DNA from: Alphaproteobacteria bacterium
GTDB taxonomy: Bacteria; Pseudomonadota; Alphaproteobacteria; Bin95
Direction: 5' to 3'
Assembly: GCA_963665325.3 (NCBI GenBank)
Contig: CAXXWS020000002.1
Span: 608,001-672,000 of the forward strand
DNA: 64,000 bases
In this document: positions 47,231-57,292 of the stretch, piece by piece
Numbering within the stretch: position 1 is the first letter of the stretch
Layout: every line of letters begins with the position of its first letter
Program-made: the position numbers and the translations under genes
Notes under the pieces: generated by a model
What the model was told of the DNA's origin: nothing
Database searches by the model: none
The model's input: only the letters and a program-made list of their open reading frames with translations

Positions 47231-48337
47231 TTACTTCTTCCAGTAGTAATCCGCCAGCCAGTCGTAATCGACCTGCGAGAACTGCCGTGCAGGCACGATC
47301 TCCTCGGCATAGACGCGCTGGGATTCGATCACCTCGGCGAAGAACGGGTTCTCCGCGATCGCCTGATCGCGGATTTCCTCCCAGGCCTTCATCTGGCCGG
47401 CGAGGATACTGTCCGGGGTCTTGTGGAACTGTACGCCCGCTTCCTTCAGCTTCTTGATCGCAATGGCGTTGAGCCTGTGCGTCTGGAGCACCTGCCAGAG
47501 CGTCGCCTCCCAGCTCGCCGACTTCATGATCTCCTGGATGTCCTTCGGCAGCGAGCGCCACACCTCACCGTTGATGATGAGTTCGATCAGCGTCGCCGGC
47601 TCATGCGCGGACGGCAGGTAGTAGTGCTTCAGGATCTGGTAGAAGCCCATGTCGATGTCGGCGGCCGGACCCGCCCACTCGGCGCAGTCGATGATGCCGC
47701 GCTCGACGGCGGGCAGGATTTCGCCGCCGGACATGTTGACGGTCTTCATGCCCGACTTCGACATCACCTCGCCGGTAATGCCCGTGGCCCGGCACTTGAT
47801 CGTGGCGAGGTCCTCCCAGCTCGTTACCTCGCGGTTGAACCAGCCGAGCGGCTGGTTGCCCACCGGCGAGATCGGGAACACGACGACATCGCGGTCGAGG
47901 ATTTCCGTGAAGAGCCGGTTGTGCAGTTCGAGGCCGCCGCCGTCATAGACCCAGCCCCAATAGTCGATCCAGTCGAAGCCCCACGGGCCGCCCGGCGCCG
48001 GGCCGAACAGCGCCGCGGCGCGGTTCTTGCCGACATAATAGGCCGATGCCGAGAATCCGCCGTCCAGGACCTTGCGGGCCGTCGCGTCCAGAAGCTCGAA
48101 CGAGGGCACGATCGCGCCGCCCGGCTGGACGATGATCTCGACGCGCCCGTTCGACAACGCGTTCACGCGGTCCGCGAAATACAGGAAGCTGTTGTGGGTG
48201 TAGAACGAAGACGGGAATGCCGTCTGGAATTGCAGCTTGATTTCCTGCGCCGAGGCGTCCTTTGCCGGCGCCATTGCGATCAGCGCGCCGGCGAATAACG
48301 CCAGGCACCAGACCGTAATTCGTTTCAACCCTGTCAT
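47231..48337 (-). CDS. dctP: TRAP substrate-binding protein
   Basis: Signal peptide, SNGRVEI..PGG, PLGWFNRE, GIIDCAEW. Confidence 0.9.
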   Translation of the reverse strand: MTGLKRITVWCLALFAGALIAMAPAKDASAQEIKLQFQTAFPSSFYTHNSFLYFADRVNALSNGRVEIIVQPGGAIVPSFELLDATARKVLDGGFSASAYYVGKNRAAALFGPAPGGPWGFDWIDYWGWVYDGGGLELHNRLFTEILDRDVVVFPISPVGNQPLGWFNREVTSWEDLATIKCRATGITGEVMSKSGMKTVNMSGGEILPAVERGIIDCAEWAGPAADIDMGFYQILKHYYLPSAHEPATLIELIINGEVWRSLPKDIQEIMKSASWEATLWQVLQTHRLNAIAIKKLKEAGVQFHKTPDSILAGQMKAWEEIRDQAIAENPFFAEVIESQRVYAEEIVPARQFSQVDYDWLADYYWKK

Positions 48338-48476
48338 CGATAGTCCTCCTCACTCCTCGCTTCGGCATTCGCCGTCGGCCGCTGTTCCAACGATGCGGCA
48401 AACAAGGGCGCGAACACCGTGAAGGAGAAAGCCTGCGACGGTACGGCACAGCGCGTCAAGGGACTAGATTCGAAGC

Positions 48477-49047
48477 TCAGCCTCTTCCGTCCGCGTCGAT
48501 TCGCGCACGCTGGCGCTCATACATCATCGCGTAGCGCAGCCAGTGGTTGTATGCCGTGGTGAGCGCGAAGAGGAAGCCGCAACGGCCTTCCCGCCACTGG
48601 CCGCGCAGGAGGTAATTCCGGAGGAAAAAGACAGGCAGGCCGAACCAGACGCGCAGGGCAACCGGGCGCCGCCGCCCGTTGTCGAGGAAACGCACGCGCC
48701 GAACCATCGCGCTGGCCTGCTTCCGGGAGAGATGATCGATATCGTCGAAGGCATGGTGCAGTAGCGGCCCCCAGAGCGGGCGCACCCGGAGCCCGGGGGG
48801 GATGCGGAACTGGTCCCATGCGCCGTGTGCGGGCATGCGTACTTTGCGGCGGTCGTAGAACTTGGCGCGCCGGGGCGCGCGCGCCCTTCGCCAGATACGT
48901 CCCGACGGATCGACGGTCATGAGAGAGAGCCGGTACACCTCGCCGTCCGGCTCGCCCCCGGCGAACAGGTCCCGGACCTCCCGCGCCAGCTCATCGCTGA
49001 CGATCTCGTCGGCATCGACGTCCAACAGCCAGTCGTGCCGGCAGAGT
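48477..49047 (-). pseudogene. 3' part of a split GT2 glycosyltransferase
   Basis: CRHDWLLDVDADE..., FLRNYLLRGQWREGRCG; upstream sequence unrelated. Confidence 0.75.
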
Positions 49048-49319
49048 CGACGTCGACCGGCGCGCCGGGCTGATCCTCGTATGACATCGGCGAACCGGCG
49101 CGCAATGCTTGCCATCGGCGGGGCGAGTTGCCAACTCCGCGAAGCCGCATCGACACCCCCTTGGTCGACTACGAGCGAACATCGTGCCCCCCCGGTCCGA
49201 CCGTCATGGCTGGTTTTGTTGATGCGATACGAACCCGGCCGCCCGCGAGCAAAGTTGTGCAACCGGGGTGCGGCGGGTTGGAAATTTTGGAGACAATTTC
49301 GTGGGTCGCAAACAGGCGC

Positions 49320-50159
49320 TTAGACGCCCTTCTGGAGCTTGTCAAAGACGACGTTGCGGTAATTCGGCGAACCCTTCGGCGTCGACCTCGGAACAAAACC
49401 GGCGTCGGCCATCAACGCCGTAAGTTCACGCGACCGCGTCTCACTACCCTCGATTTCGACGATCACTGATCTAACAGTCGGCGCCAAAAGCATATTTCGT
49501 CCGCCCCGTAGAATGTCGGGCTCCAGACCGTCGACGTCAAGCTTCAAGTGCGTCGGAAGCGGCAGCGAAAACAACCGGACGAGATCATCCAAAGAAAACC
49601 CAATACCACCCTGGCGGAACTTAACCCCGATGACATTATCAAGCTGGTCAACCATAACACCAAAGCCATGTTTCGATCCACCAGGATCTGTGTTGGCCAT
49701 GTTCAGCTTGTCGATTTTCGTATCCCCGCAAAGGGCGGCCGGTAGTGTCGTTATCCGGTCATCCATGCCGTTCAGCTCTATGTTTCTATTGAGCGCCCAG
49801 TAAGAGGCTGCTCCGGGCTCAAAAGCCAGAACCTGTACATTCGGGCGCAAGGCAGCATAAAGACTGTATACTCCCACATTTGCGCCGATGTCCCAGAACA
49901 CAACAGGATCATTAGTGAAATTATCAATCCAAGCGATAGTGTCGGGCTCGGAACGGTCAAGCTGTGAAAATCTTATGCCACTTTCCGAGACAAATTGAAG
50001 AGTGCCCCAGCGTGTATCTGAAATCAAAGGTTTTCTCTGTAATAGAATCGAATGAGCGCGATATAATGCCTTGATCTTACGTTTTTTGCCGAACGGATAA
50101 GTGATCCCGTGAGCAAAAACATATATAAGCCGGGCCAAAGTTCGACTCACTTTCAGCAC
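49320..50159 (-). CDS. FkbM family methyltransferase (AT-richer, horizontally acquired)
   Basis: EPDTIAWI, WDIGANVGVYS, AFEP, HLKLDVDGLE. Confidence 0.9.
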   Translation of the reverse strand: MLKVSRTLARLIYVFAHGITYPFGKKRKIKALYRAHSILLQRKPLISDTRWGTLQFVSESGIRFSQLDRSEPDTIAWIDNFTNDPVVFWDIGANVGVYSLYAALRPNVQVLAFEPGAASYWALNRNIELNGMDDRITTLPAALCGDTKIDKLNMANTDPGGSKHGFGVMVDQLDNVIGVKFRQGGIGFSLDDLVRLFSLPLPTHLKLDVDGLEPDILRGGRNMLLAPTVRSVIVEIEGSETRSRELTALMADAGFVPRSTPKGSPNYRNVVFDKLQKGV

Positions 50160-50308
50160 TCCTTAATTCGATTTCTTGGCAATTCTTAGCTAGCCTTATG
50201 CTCTACTGCTGCATATTCAGGCGGTTTCTCTGTCCCACGTCGGCCAATCTTTTCCCATTTTGAGCGGATCGATCAACGGAACCACGCCCTGCAACTTTCA
50301 ATCGCGTG

Positions 50309-51039
50309 TTAGGACGAATTCAGCGCCTGGCGGCGGCGCAACCAGTCCGCTAGACGGTAGCTGACCGCAGCCGCGTACTCCAAGACAGTCCGCTTGACCT
50401 TCGGCTTGGTCTTGATGGAAGGCGGACCCCCGCGTGTCGGACGATAGCCGGTTCGACGGCCAGGAACACCAGTCCGTTTTGCCACCATTCCGCGTACAGC
50501 CAGTCTATTGGCGCGCGGATGCGCCAGCAGTAGTGAAGGAGCGCTTCGGCTGCCTCCATCCGGATAATGTAGCCGACCGCCCCGCCAAAGCGGCGACGAT
50601 ACCTGACAAGCCGACGCCCGGTGTCCAGCACCGCTAGGACTCGGTCAATGCGGTATTGCCGTTTCGGCGCGAGTTGCACGATGTCCCATTCCACATCGGC
50701 CTTCATGATTTCCTCAATGATGACGGCAAACTCGTCCTCCAGCCGCGCATCGTCCTGCAAGATGATAGCGTAAGGCGTTCGGGCTTCTACCATGCGTTGC
50801 CAGATGAACCAGTTCGACAGCAAGCACCCGATCTGACCCGGGGCCAGTTCGCGGCCCCGCATGACCCGCCACCACTCGGTCTGCATTCGGTGCCGATGCT
50901 CTTCCTCGTCAAGCTTGTCCCCGTCCACAGCGTCGAAGAATTCGAAATCGAACTCGGCAAGCTCCTGTCGAATGGCAGCACGGCGCTCGACGTCCCTTGC
51001 GAGGGAAATTACAAAGATGGGCGGCATAGTTCTCGGCAT
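50309..51039 (-). CDS. Glycosyltransferase family 25, probable frameshift near the 3' end
   Basis: FVISL..RR, FFDAVDG, GQIGC, ILQDDA, PIDW. Annotated frame stops at 50350; an alternative frame continues to TAA at 50309. Confidence 0.75.
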
Positions 51040-51044
51040 GATGG

Positions 51045-51278
51045 TGAGGTGCCTCGCCTTTTCCGACAGATTGACGGCTGGGCTAGAGTGTTTCCCGATT
51101 TCTTCAGGCCGCCAATATTCTCTTGAAACATTCTTCCTGTCGCAGCTGCGCCTGTGGGAAGGCAGGCAGGACGCGAAGTGGCATGTCCATCATATCCACA
51201 TTCGGGCGATCGCGGTATGCCTCGGCCGTGGTTGGCCCGTCCAACGTTGCGTGAGGTTTCCCGGTGTGGAAGAAGCAA
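51045..51278 (-). mobile_element. IS3-family remnant (transposase C-terminus and right end)
   Basis: FFHTGKPHATLDGPTTAEAY resembles FYNxxRPHSxLxGxTPAEAY; terminus TGAGGTGCCTCGCCTTTTCCGACAG (TG...CA type). Confidence 0.65.
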
Positions 51279-51294
51279 CTGGGCCTTGGATGGG

Positions 51295-51454
51295 CTGCCG
51301 CAATCGAGCCGTTCGTCGAGCCGGAATCCACCACCACGACCTCGCGCGCGACCACGAGGGCGGCGCAGACGGCCGCTCCCATCCGGGGCTCTTCGTCGAG
51401 TGTCCGGATGTAGCAGGAGATCGGGGGCGTCGCTTCCGGGCGCAACGCAGTCAA
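51295..51454 (-). pseudogene. 5' part of the split GT2 glycosyltransferase
   Basis: PISCYIRTLDEE..VAREVVVVDSGSTNGSIAAA, fused in frame to the IS3 tail. Confidence 0.75.
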
Positions 51455-51487
51455 CGCAACAGGCTACGTCCCGGCCCACGCCGCCTG

Positions 51488-51799
51488 TTATTCAGCCGCT
51501 GCGGGCGGCGGCAGGCCGTTCCGCCGGGTGATGAATTCTGTCAGGAACTCCAGCTTTCCGTCGACCCGCGCTACACGCTCTCCGAGCTGTGTCACGCGCT
51601 CGCCGAGTTCGTCCACCTTCCGGTCCACCGCTTGGATGTCGGCGCGTAACCTGGTCCCGACTGCCCCGATCTCCTCGCGCAACTCGCCGCGCATGTGCTG
51701 CATGTAGGCGCGCAGCTACAGGAACAGGCCGATGATCAGCCCGCCCGGGGCCACGAACATGCTTCCCGCCGCGGCCAGAAGCGTCATCGTCTCCGGCAT
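51488..51799 (-). pseudogene. Small TM + coiled-coil protein with internal TAG at 51716-51718
   Basis: MPETMTLLAAAGSMFVAPGGLIIGLFL*LRAYMQHMRGELREEI...LGERVARVDGKLE. Confidence 0.6.
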
Positions 51800-51877
51800 C
51801 ATCGCCTCTCCGGCAACGCCCGCCCGGCTATGCTAATGCATCCGCGCCGCACTGGAACGGGCGCTTGCGGAAACCCT

Positions 51878-53002
51878 TCACAGCAATTCCCTGTAAACCG
51901 CGAGCGTCCCGGCGTACATGCTTGCCAAGGTGAAGCTGGCGAGTATGCGCGCGCGCGCCCGTCCCGCAAGATCCGGGCCCGTGGCGGCGAGCGCATTGCG
52001 AATGCCGTCGGCGAGCGCGGCGGGGTCGCCCGGCGGGACCAGCCAGCCGGTATCGCCATGCCGGACGATTTCCCGCGCGCCGCCATGGTCGCTGGCAACG
52101 ACGGGACGGCCCATGGCGCCGGCCTCCGCCAGCACGCGGCCGAAGGATTCCGGCTGGACGGAAGCGGAAACGACGACATCGCTCGCCGCATAGGCGGCCG
52201 CCACATCGTCGATATGACCGGCGAAGCGCACGGGAAGGCCGCGCGCCAGGGCCTCCAGCTCCCGCCGGTAGGCGTCCCGGTCCTTGTCCGAGCCCACGAA
52301 CACGGCCACGAGGTTGAGGTCCGTTAGCCGCCGCATGGCCTCGATGAGCACGGCGTGGCCCTTGAGCCGGGTGAGCCGTCCCGGCAGCAGCACGACCCGC
52401 GCCTTTTCGGGGACGGCCCATTCAGCGCGGAGCGCAGCCTTGTCGCGGGGCCGGACGGCATCGGGATCGAACGCCGCCGCGTCGATGCCCCGATGCACGA
52501 CCCGGATGCGCGACGGCGGGCAACGATAGGTGTCCTGAATATGCGCCGCGATGAAGTCCGAAACGGCGATGACCAGATCGCCCCGTACCATGATCCGGTT
52601 CCAGGCGCGCTTGGCGGCGCTGCGGGCGCCGTAAGCGCCGTGGAATGTGGTGACGAACGGAATCCCGGCCCGGCGGGCCGCAGACCGCGCGCTCCAGGCA
52701 GGCGCGCGCGACCGGGCATGGACGAGGTCCACGCCTTCCCGCTCGATCAGTTCCTTCAGGCCGCGGGCATTGCGCCAGAGGCCGACCGGGTTCTTGGTGT
52801 GGACGGGCAGAGCGATGTGGTCCGCGCCGAGGCCGGCTGCCATCCGCCCGCCGGAGGAGGCGACCAGCGCCCGCGCGCCGGCCTCGCGGAGCGCCGCGGC
52901 AATCTCCAGCGTGCCCCGCTCGACGCCTCCCGCCTCCAGCGCAGGCAGCACCTGCAGGATTGTCCTGCCCTTCAATGGGGTCGATACGGACGGTGAAGGC
53001 AT
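51878..53002 (-). CDS. GT4 glycosyltransferase
   Basis: LQVLPALEAGGVERG, HARSRAPAW, PESFGRVLAEA. Start approximate. Confidence 0.9.
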   Translation of the reverse strand: MPSPSVSTPLKGRTILQVLPALEAGGVERGTLEIAAALREAGARALVASSGGRMAAGLGADHIALPVHTKNPVGLWRNARGLKELIEREGVDLVHARSRAPAWSARSAARRAGIPFVTTFHGAYGARSAAKRAWNRIMVRGDLVIAVSDFIAAHIQDTYRCPPSRIRVVHRGIDAAAFDPDAVRPRDKAALRAEWAVPEKARVVLLPGRLTRLKGHAVLIEAMRRLTDLNLVAVFVGSDKDRDAYRRELEALARGLPVRFAGHIDDVAAAYAASDVVVSASVQPESFGRVLAEAGAMGRPVVASDHGGAREIVRHGDTGWLVPPGDPAALADGIRNALAATGPDLAGRARARILASFTLASMYAGTLAVYRELL

Positions 53003-53123
53003 GGCGGTTGCGACCATCGGCAATCTCGGCGGCAATGTGAAGACCGGGGGCGCCGAAGGCTGGCGTCCGGGCTCGAACGATTGCAGGGTGCAACTGGCAT
53101 TCCGCTGGAGGATCGAGGTTGCC

Positions 53124-53900
53124 GTGACGGACAAGGAAATCTCGGAGCCAAAATTTCTAACTCGCCCGGGCGGGCCGCGTCTGGCTTACCGGCGCGCGGC
53201 CGGGCGGGGGCCGGGGGTGGTTTTCCTCGGCGGCTTCATGTCCGACATGACAGGCGAAAAAGCCACTGCCCTGGACGCCTTCTGCCGGCGGCGGGGCCAT
53301 GCCTTTCTGCGCTTCGACTATCGCGGACATGGCGCTTCCGGCGGGCGGTTCGAGGAGTCGGTGCTTTCTGACTGGCTTGCCGACACGCTCGCCGTGCTCG
53401 ACCGGTTGACCGAAGGGCCGCAAGTGCTGGTCGGCTCCAGCATGGGTGGCTGGCTGATGCTGCTCGCCGCGCTGGCGCGTCCCGAGCGGGTTCATGCGCT
53501 CATCGGCATTGCGCCGGCGCCGGATTTCGTGCTGCGCATGGAGGCTGGCCTGACCGCGGACCAGCAGGAAGCGGTCGACGAGCAGGGCTTCTTCCTGCGC
53601 CCGAGCGAATACGGGGACGGGCCCTACACCATAACGAAGGCGCTGATCGAGGACGGGAAGCGCCATTGCCTGCTGGACAGTCCGATCCCCGAAAGCCGTC
53701 CGGTGCGCCTCCTCCACGGCATGTGCGACGACGCGGTTTCCTGGCGGGAATCGCTGCGACTGGCCGAGCGGCTGGAGAGCGAGGACGTGCGGACGATTTT
53801 CGTCAAGGACGGCGACCACCGGCTGAGTCGCCCGGCCGACCTCGCACTTCTCACGACTGTCCTCGAGGGCCTGCTGCGCGGCTCCGGTAGCGGTCAGTAG
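53124..53900 (+). CDS. Alpha/beta hydrolase (ABHD10-like)
   Basis: [28 protein letters not shown] start. Confidence 0.9.
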   Translation: MTDKEISEPKFLTRPGGPRLAYRRAAGRGPGVVFLGGFMSDMTGEKATALDAFCRRRGHAFLRFDYRGHGASGGRFEESVLSDWLADTLAVLDRLTEGPQVLVGSSMGGWLMLLAALARPERVHALIGIAPAPDFVLRMEAGLTADQQEAVDEQGFFLRPSEYGDGPYTITKALIEDGKRHCLLDSPIPESRPVRLLHGMCDDAVSWRESLRLAERLESEDVRTIFVKDGDHRLSRPADLALLTTVLEGLLRGSGSGQ

Positions 53901-55180
53901 CGGTAATAGTCGGGCTTGAACGGCCCGGCCGGCGGAACGCCGATATAGTCGGCCTGGGTTGAACTCAGCTCGGTCAGTTGAGCGCCGAGCCTCGCCAGGT
54001 GCAGCAGCGCGACTTTCTCGTCGAGATGCTTCGGCAGCACATGCACCTGCCGGTCGTATTGCTCCCCGTTGGTCCAGAGTTCGATCTGGGCCAGCACCTG
54101 GTTGGAGAAGCTCGCCGACATCACGAAGCTCGGATGCCCGGTGGCGCAGCCGAGGTTCACCAGCCGGCCCTCCGCCAGCAGGATCAGCCGCTTGCCGTCG
54201 GGAAACTCGACCTCGTCCACCTGCGGCTTGACATTGTGCCAGACCAGGTTGCGTAGCCCGTCGACCTGAATCTCGTTGTCGAAATGGCCGATATTGCAGA
54301 CGATCGCGCGGTCCTTCATGGCGCGCATGTGATCCACGGTCACGACATCGGTATTGCCGGTCGCGGTCACCACGATATCCACCCGGTTCGCCACATCCTC
54401 GAGCCGGACGACTTCGTAGCCGGCCATGCAGGCCTGGAGCGCGCAGATCGGGTCGATCTCGCTCACCAGCACCCTGGCGCCCTGGCTGCGCAGGCTCTGG
54501 GCGGACCCCTTGCCGACATCGCCATAGCCGCAGACCAGCGCGGTCTTGCCGGCGATCATCACGTCGGTCCCGCGCTTGATCCCGTCCACGAGGCTTTCGC
54601 GGCAACCGTAGAGGTTGTCGAATTTCGATTTCGTCACCGAATCGTTGACATTGAACGCCGGGCAGGCGAGCGCGCCGGCCTTCGCCATGTCGTAAAGGCG
54701 CAGCACGCCGGTGGTGGTCTCCTCGGACACGCCGCGCACATCGGCCATCAGTTCCGGGTAGTCGTCATGCATGAGCCTGGTGAGGTCGCCGCCGTCGTCG
54801 AGCAGCAGGTTCGGCCGCCAGCCGTCCGGCGCTTCAATGCTGCGCCTCACGCATTGCCAGTATTCTTCTTCCGTCTCGCCCTTCCAGGCGAAGACTGGCA
54901 CGCCTGACGCCGCCATCGCCGCCGCAGCCTGGTCCTGCGTAGAGAAAATATTGCAGGACGACCAGCGCACCTCCGCGCCGAGCGCCTGCAGCGTCTCGAT
55001 GAGCACCGCCGTCTGGATGGTCATGTGAAGACAGCCCGCGATGCGCGCCCCCTGCAGCGGCCGGGCCGGGCCGTATTCCTCGCGGATCGCCATCAGCCCC
55101 GGCATTTCGGTTTCGGCGATGGCGATTTCCTTGCGGCCCCAATCGGCAAGCGAGATATCGGCAACCTCATAATCGGGCAT
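53894..55180 (-). CDS. ahcY: Adenosylhomocysteinase
   Basis: [38 protein letters not shown]. Confidence 0.97.
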   Translation of the reverse strand: MPDYEVADISLADWGRKEIAIAETEMPGLMAIREEYGPARPLQGARIAGCLHMTIQTAVLIETLQALGAEVRWSSCNIFSTQDQAAAAMAASGVPVFAWKGETEEEYWQCVRRSIEAPDGWRPNLLLDDGGDLTRLMHDDYPELMADVRGVSEETTTGVLRLYDMAKAGALACPAFNVNDSVTKSKFDNLYGCRESLVDGIKRGTDVMIAGKTALVCGYGDVGKGSAQSLRSQGARVLVSEIDPICALQACMAGYEVVRLEDVANRVDIVVTATGNTDVVTVDHMRAMKDRAIVCNIGHFDNEIQVDGLRNLVWHNVKPQVDEVEFPDGKRLILLAEGRLVNLGCATGHPSFVMSASFSNQVLAQIELWTNGEQYDRQVHVLPKHLDEKVALLHLARLGAQLTELSSTQADYIGVPPAGPFKPDYYRY

Positions 55181-55266
55181 CGGAGGATATGTCCTTGTGT
55201 ATCGGAAGCTCCGGCCGGAGCCCGCCGCGTATAGCAACCCGTCCCGCCCCCTTCAACCGGAACGCC

Positions 55267-55533
55267 CTACGTCTCGCTGAAGCCGTCCGCCACCAGGGCC
55301 TTGAGTGCGGCCAGCGCGGCAGCCGCCTGGACGCCTTCGCAGACCACCTCGATTTCGCATCCCCTCCCGGCGCCCAGCAGCAACAGGCCCATGATCGAGA
55401 CGCCCGGGACGGTGATATCGTGATGGGTGACGCGCACCTCCGCGTCGAAGCGCCCGGCAAGCGCAACGAATTTCGCCGCGGCGCGCGCATGCAGGCCGCG
55501 TTCGTTGACGATCCGCAAATGTGCCGAGGACAT
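55267..55533 (-). CDS. ptsH: Phosphocarrier protein HPr/NPr
   Basis: NERGLHARAAAKFV, SIMGLLLL. Confidence 0.9.
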   Translation of the reverse strand: MSSAHLRIVNERGLHARAAAKFVALAGRFDAEVRVTHHDITVPGVSIMGLLLLGAGRGCEIEVVCEGVQAAAALAALKALVADGFSET

Positions 55534-55534
55534 G

Positions 55535-55951
55535 TCAGCCGGGCGCCTCGGCGAGCAGTTTCGAGGCGATCTGGATATATTTCCGCCCGGCCTCCTCGGC
55601 ATCCGCGACGGCCTCGGCGAGCGTCTTGTGCTGGCGGCAGGTGGCGAGCTTGACCAGCATCGGCAGGTTGACGCCTGCAATCACCTCGACCTCGCCCCTA
55701 TTGGCCGCGCCCAGTACCGAAATTGCGAGATTGGAGGGTGTGCCGCCGAACATGTCGGTCAACAGGACGACGCCGTCTCCGGTATTGAGTGCTTTGGCAA
55801 CGCGAGCGATTTCCGCCCGGCGGTTCTCCATGTCATCGTCGGGGCCGATACACACGGCCGAGACCTGCTCCTGGGGCCCGACGACATGCTCAAGCGCGGC
55901 AAGCAGCTCGGCCGCGAGGCGGCCATGCGTAACGAGCGCCAGGCCGATCAT
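55535..55951 (-). CDS. manX: PTS EIIA mannose/fructose-type
   Basis: VTHGRLA, TDMFGGTPSN, GVNLPML. Confidence 0.9.
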   Translation of the reverse strand: MIGLALVTHGRLAAELLAALEHVVGPQEQVSAVCIGPDDDMENRRAEIARVAKALNTGDGVVLLTDMFGGTPSNLAISVLGAANRGEVEVIAGVNLPMLVKLATCRQHKTLAEAVADAEEAGRKYIQIASKLLAEAPG

Positions 55952-56856
55952 GGGCTGTTCTCCGTTTCCAGCGCGACGGACGGTTCGCCCGGCGCCTCCT
56001 CGAGGTCGCGATGGGTGAGCGTGGCCCGCCAGCCTCGTTCGCGCAACAGGCGCGCAAGCTCTTCGGCGGTAAAGACCGAACGGTGGCGGCCGCCTGTGCA
56101 GCCGACCGCTATCGTCAAATAGGCGCGGCCTTCCCGCGCATAGCGGGGCAGGAGCTTCCACAGCAGATCGCCGACGCCTTCGAGAAAAGGCGCGAAGTCC
56201 GGGTCTCCGGCAATGTGCGCGCCAACCGCTTCGTCCCGGCCCGTCAACGGCCGCAGCTCACCGATGTAATGGGGGTTGGACAGAAACCGCATGTCGAATA
56301 CCAGGTCCGCCTCGCGTGGCAGGCCGAGGCGGAACGAGAACGAAGTGACGAATATCGACATTCCTTCCTGCGGATCGGATGTGAAACGCGCCCGCAGCAA
56401 GCGGCGGAGATCGTGGGCGGTCAGCAGCGACGTGTCGATGACGGTATCTGCGGCGCAGCGCAGCGGCTCAAGCAACTGCCGCTCCCGCTCGATGCCGGCG
56501 ATGGGGCTGTCATCCGGCGCCATCGGATGCCGCCGGCGCGTCTCCCGATAGCGTTGCGTCAAATACTCGTCGTCGGCATGGAGGAAGAGCGGCACGATAT
56601 CGAAACGAGGCGCCGCGCCGGTCATCCGTTCCAGCAGTCCTCCGACGGTGAAGTCCCGCGCCCGGGTGTCGATCCCCACGGCCAGAGGTCTGTCCGAACG
56701 GTCGGCATCGAGCCCGTCCAGCATCGCCAGCGGAATATTGTCGATCGCTTCGAACCCGAGGTCCTCGAGTTCCTTCAGGGCAGTGGACCGGCCGGCCCCG
56801 GACATGCCGGTGACCAGGACAAGGCGTCTGCGCATGGATTCGCTACCGACCGTCAT
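55948..56856 (-). CDS. rapZ: RNase adapter RapZ
   Basis: TGMSGAGRS, ETRRRHP, FDMRFLSNP, GCTGGRHRSV. Confidence 0.93.
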   Translation of the reverse strand: MTVGSESMRRRLVLVTGMSGAGRSTALKELEDLGFEAIDNIPLAMLDGLDADRSDRPLAVGIDTRARDFTVGGLLERMTGAAPRFDIVPLFLHADDEYLTQRYRETRRRHPMAPDDSPIAGIERERQLLEPLRCAADTVIDTSLLTAHDLRRLLRARFTSDPQEGMSIFVTSFSFRLGLPREADLVFDMRFLSNPHYIGELRPLTGRDEAVGAHIAGDPDFAPFLEGVGDLLWKLLPRYAREGRAYLTIAVGCTGGRHRSVFTAEELARLLRERGWRATLTHRDLEEAPGEPSVALETENSP

Positions 56857-57292
56857 CGTTGTCCGAGACTCGCGCCGCGCCTTTATCCTCCGATGCCATG
56901 AGCGCGGCAAGACGGAGTTTGATCGCTGCGGAAATCTCGAACGGCGCCAACCGAATACGCCTCACCGGCACGCCCAGGAGGGACTCGAATTCCCGCTCGG
57001 GCAACCGCTCCGGCGCGGCAAGGTCGGCGATCAGCACCAGCGGTGCGCCATCCAGCGCAGGCAGCCGGACGATCCCGATTCCGCGCACTTCCAGCCTGCT
57101 GTCGGCCCGGGGCAGAGGGCTTGCCCAGACGCGGCCGCCGCGAAGCTCGAGCGCAACGAGATCGTCGGCGACCAGCCGCCCGCCCGCCTCGATCGCCCTG
57201 AGCGCGAGGTCGGACTTGCCGGCGTCCGACGGCCCGCGCAGCAATACGCCCATGCCTTCGAACGCGATGCAGCTTGCGTGGACCCGCATCAA
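56843..57292 (-). CDS. hprK: HPr kinase/phosphorylase (short alphaproteobacterial type)
   Basis: HASC, GPSDAGKSDL, LVADD, LEVRGIGI. Confidence 0.9.
   Translation of the reverse strand: MMRVHASCIAFEGMGVLLRGPSDAGKSDLALRAIEAGGRLVADDLVALELRGGRVWASPLPRADSRLEVRGIGIVRLPALDGAPLVLIADLAAPERLPEREFESLLGVPVRRIRLAPFEISAAIKLRLAALMASEDKGAARVSDNDDGR

Noticed and set aside
49060-50300. Integron cassette for FkbM
   Set aside because: No convincing attC (RYYYAAC...GTTRRRY) structure and no integron integrase.
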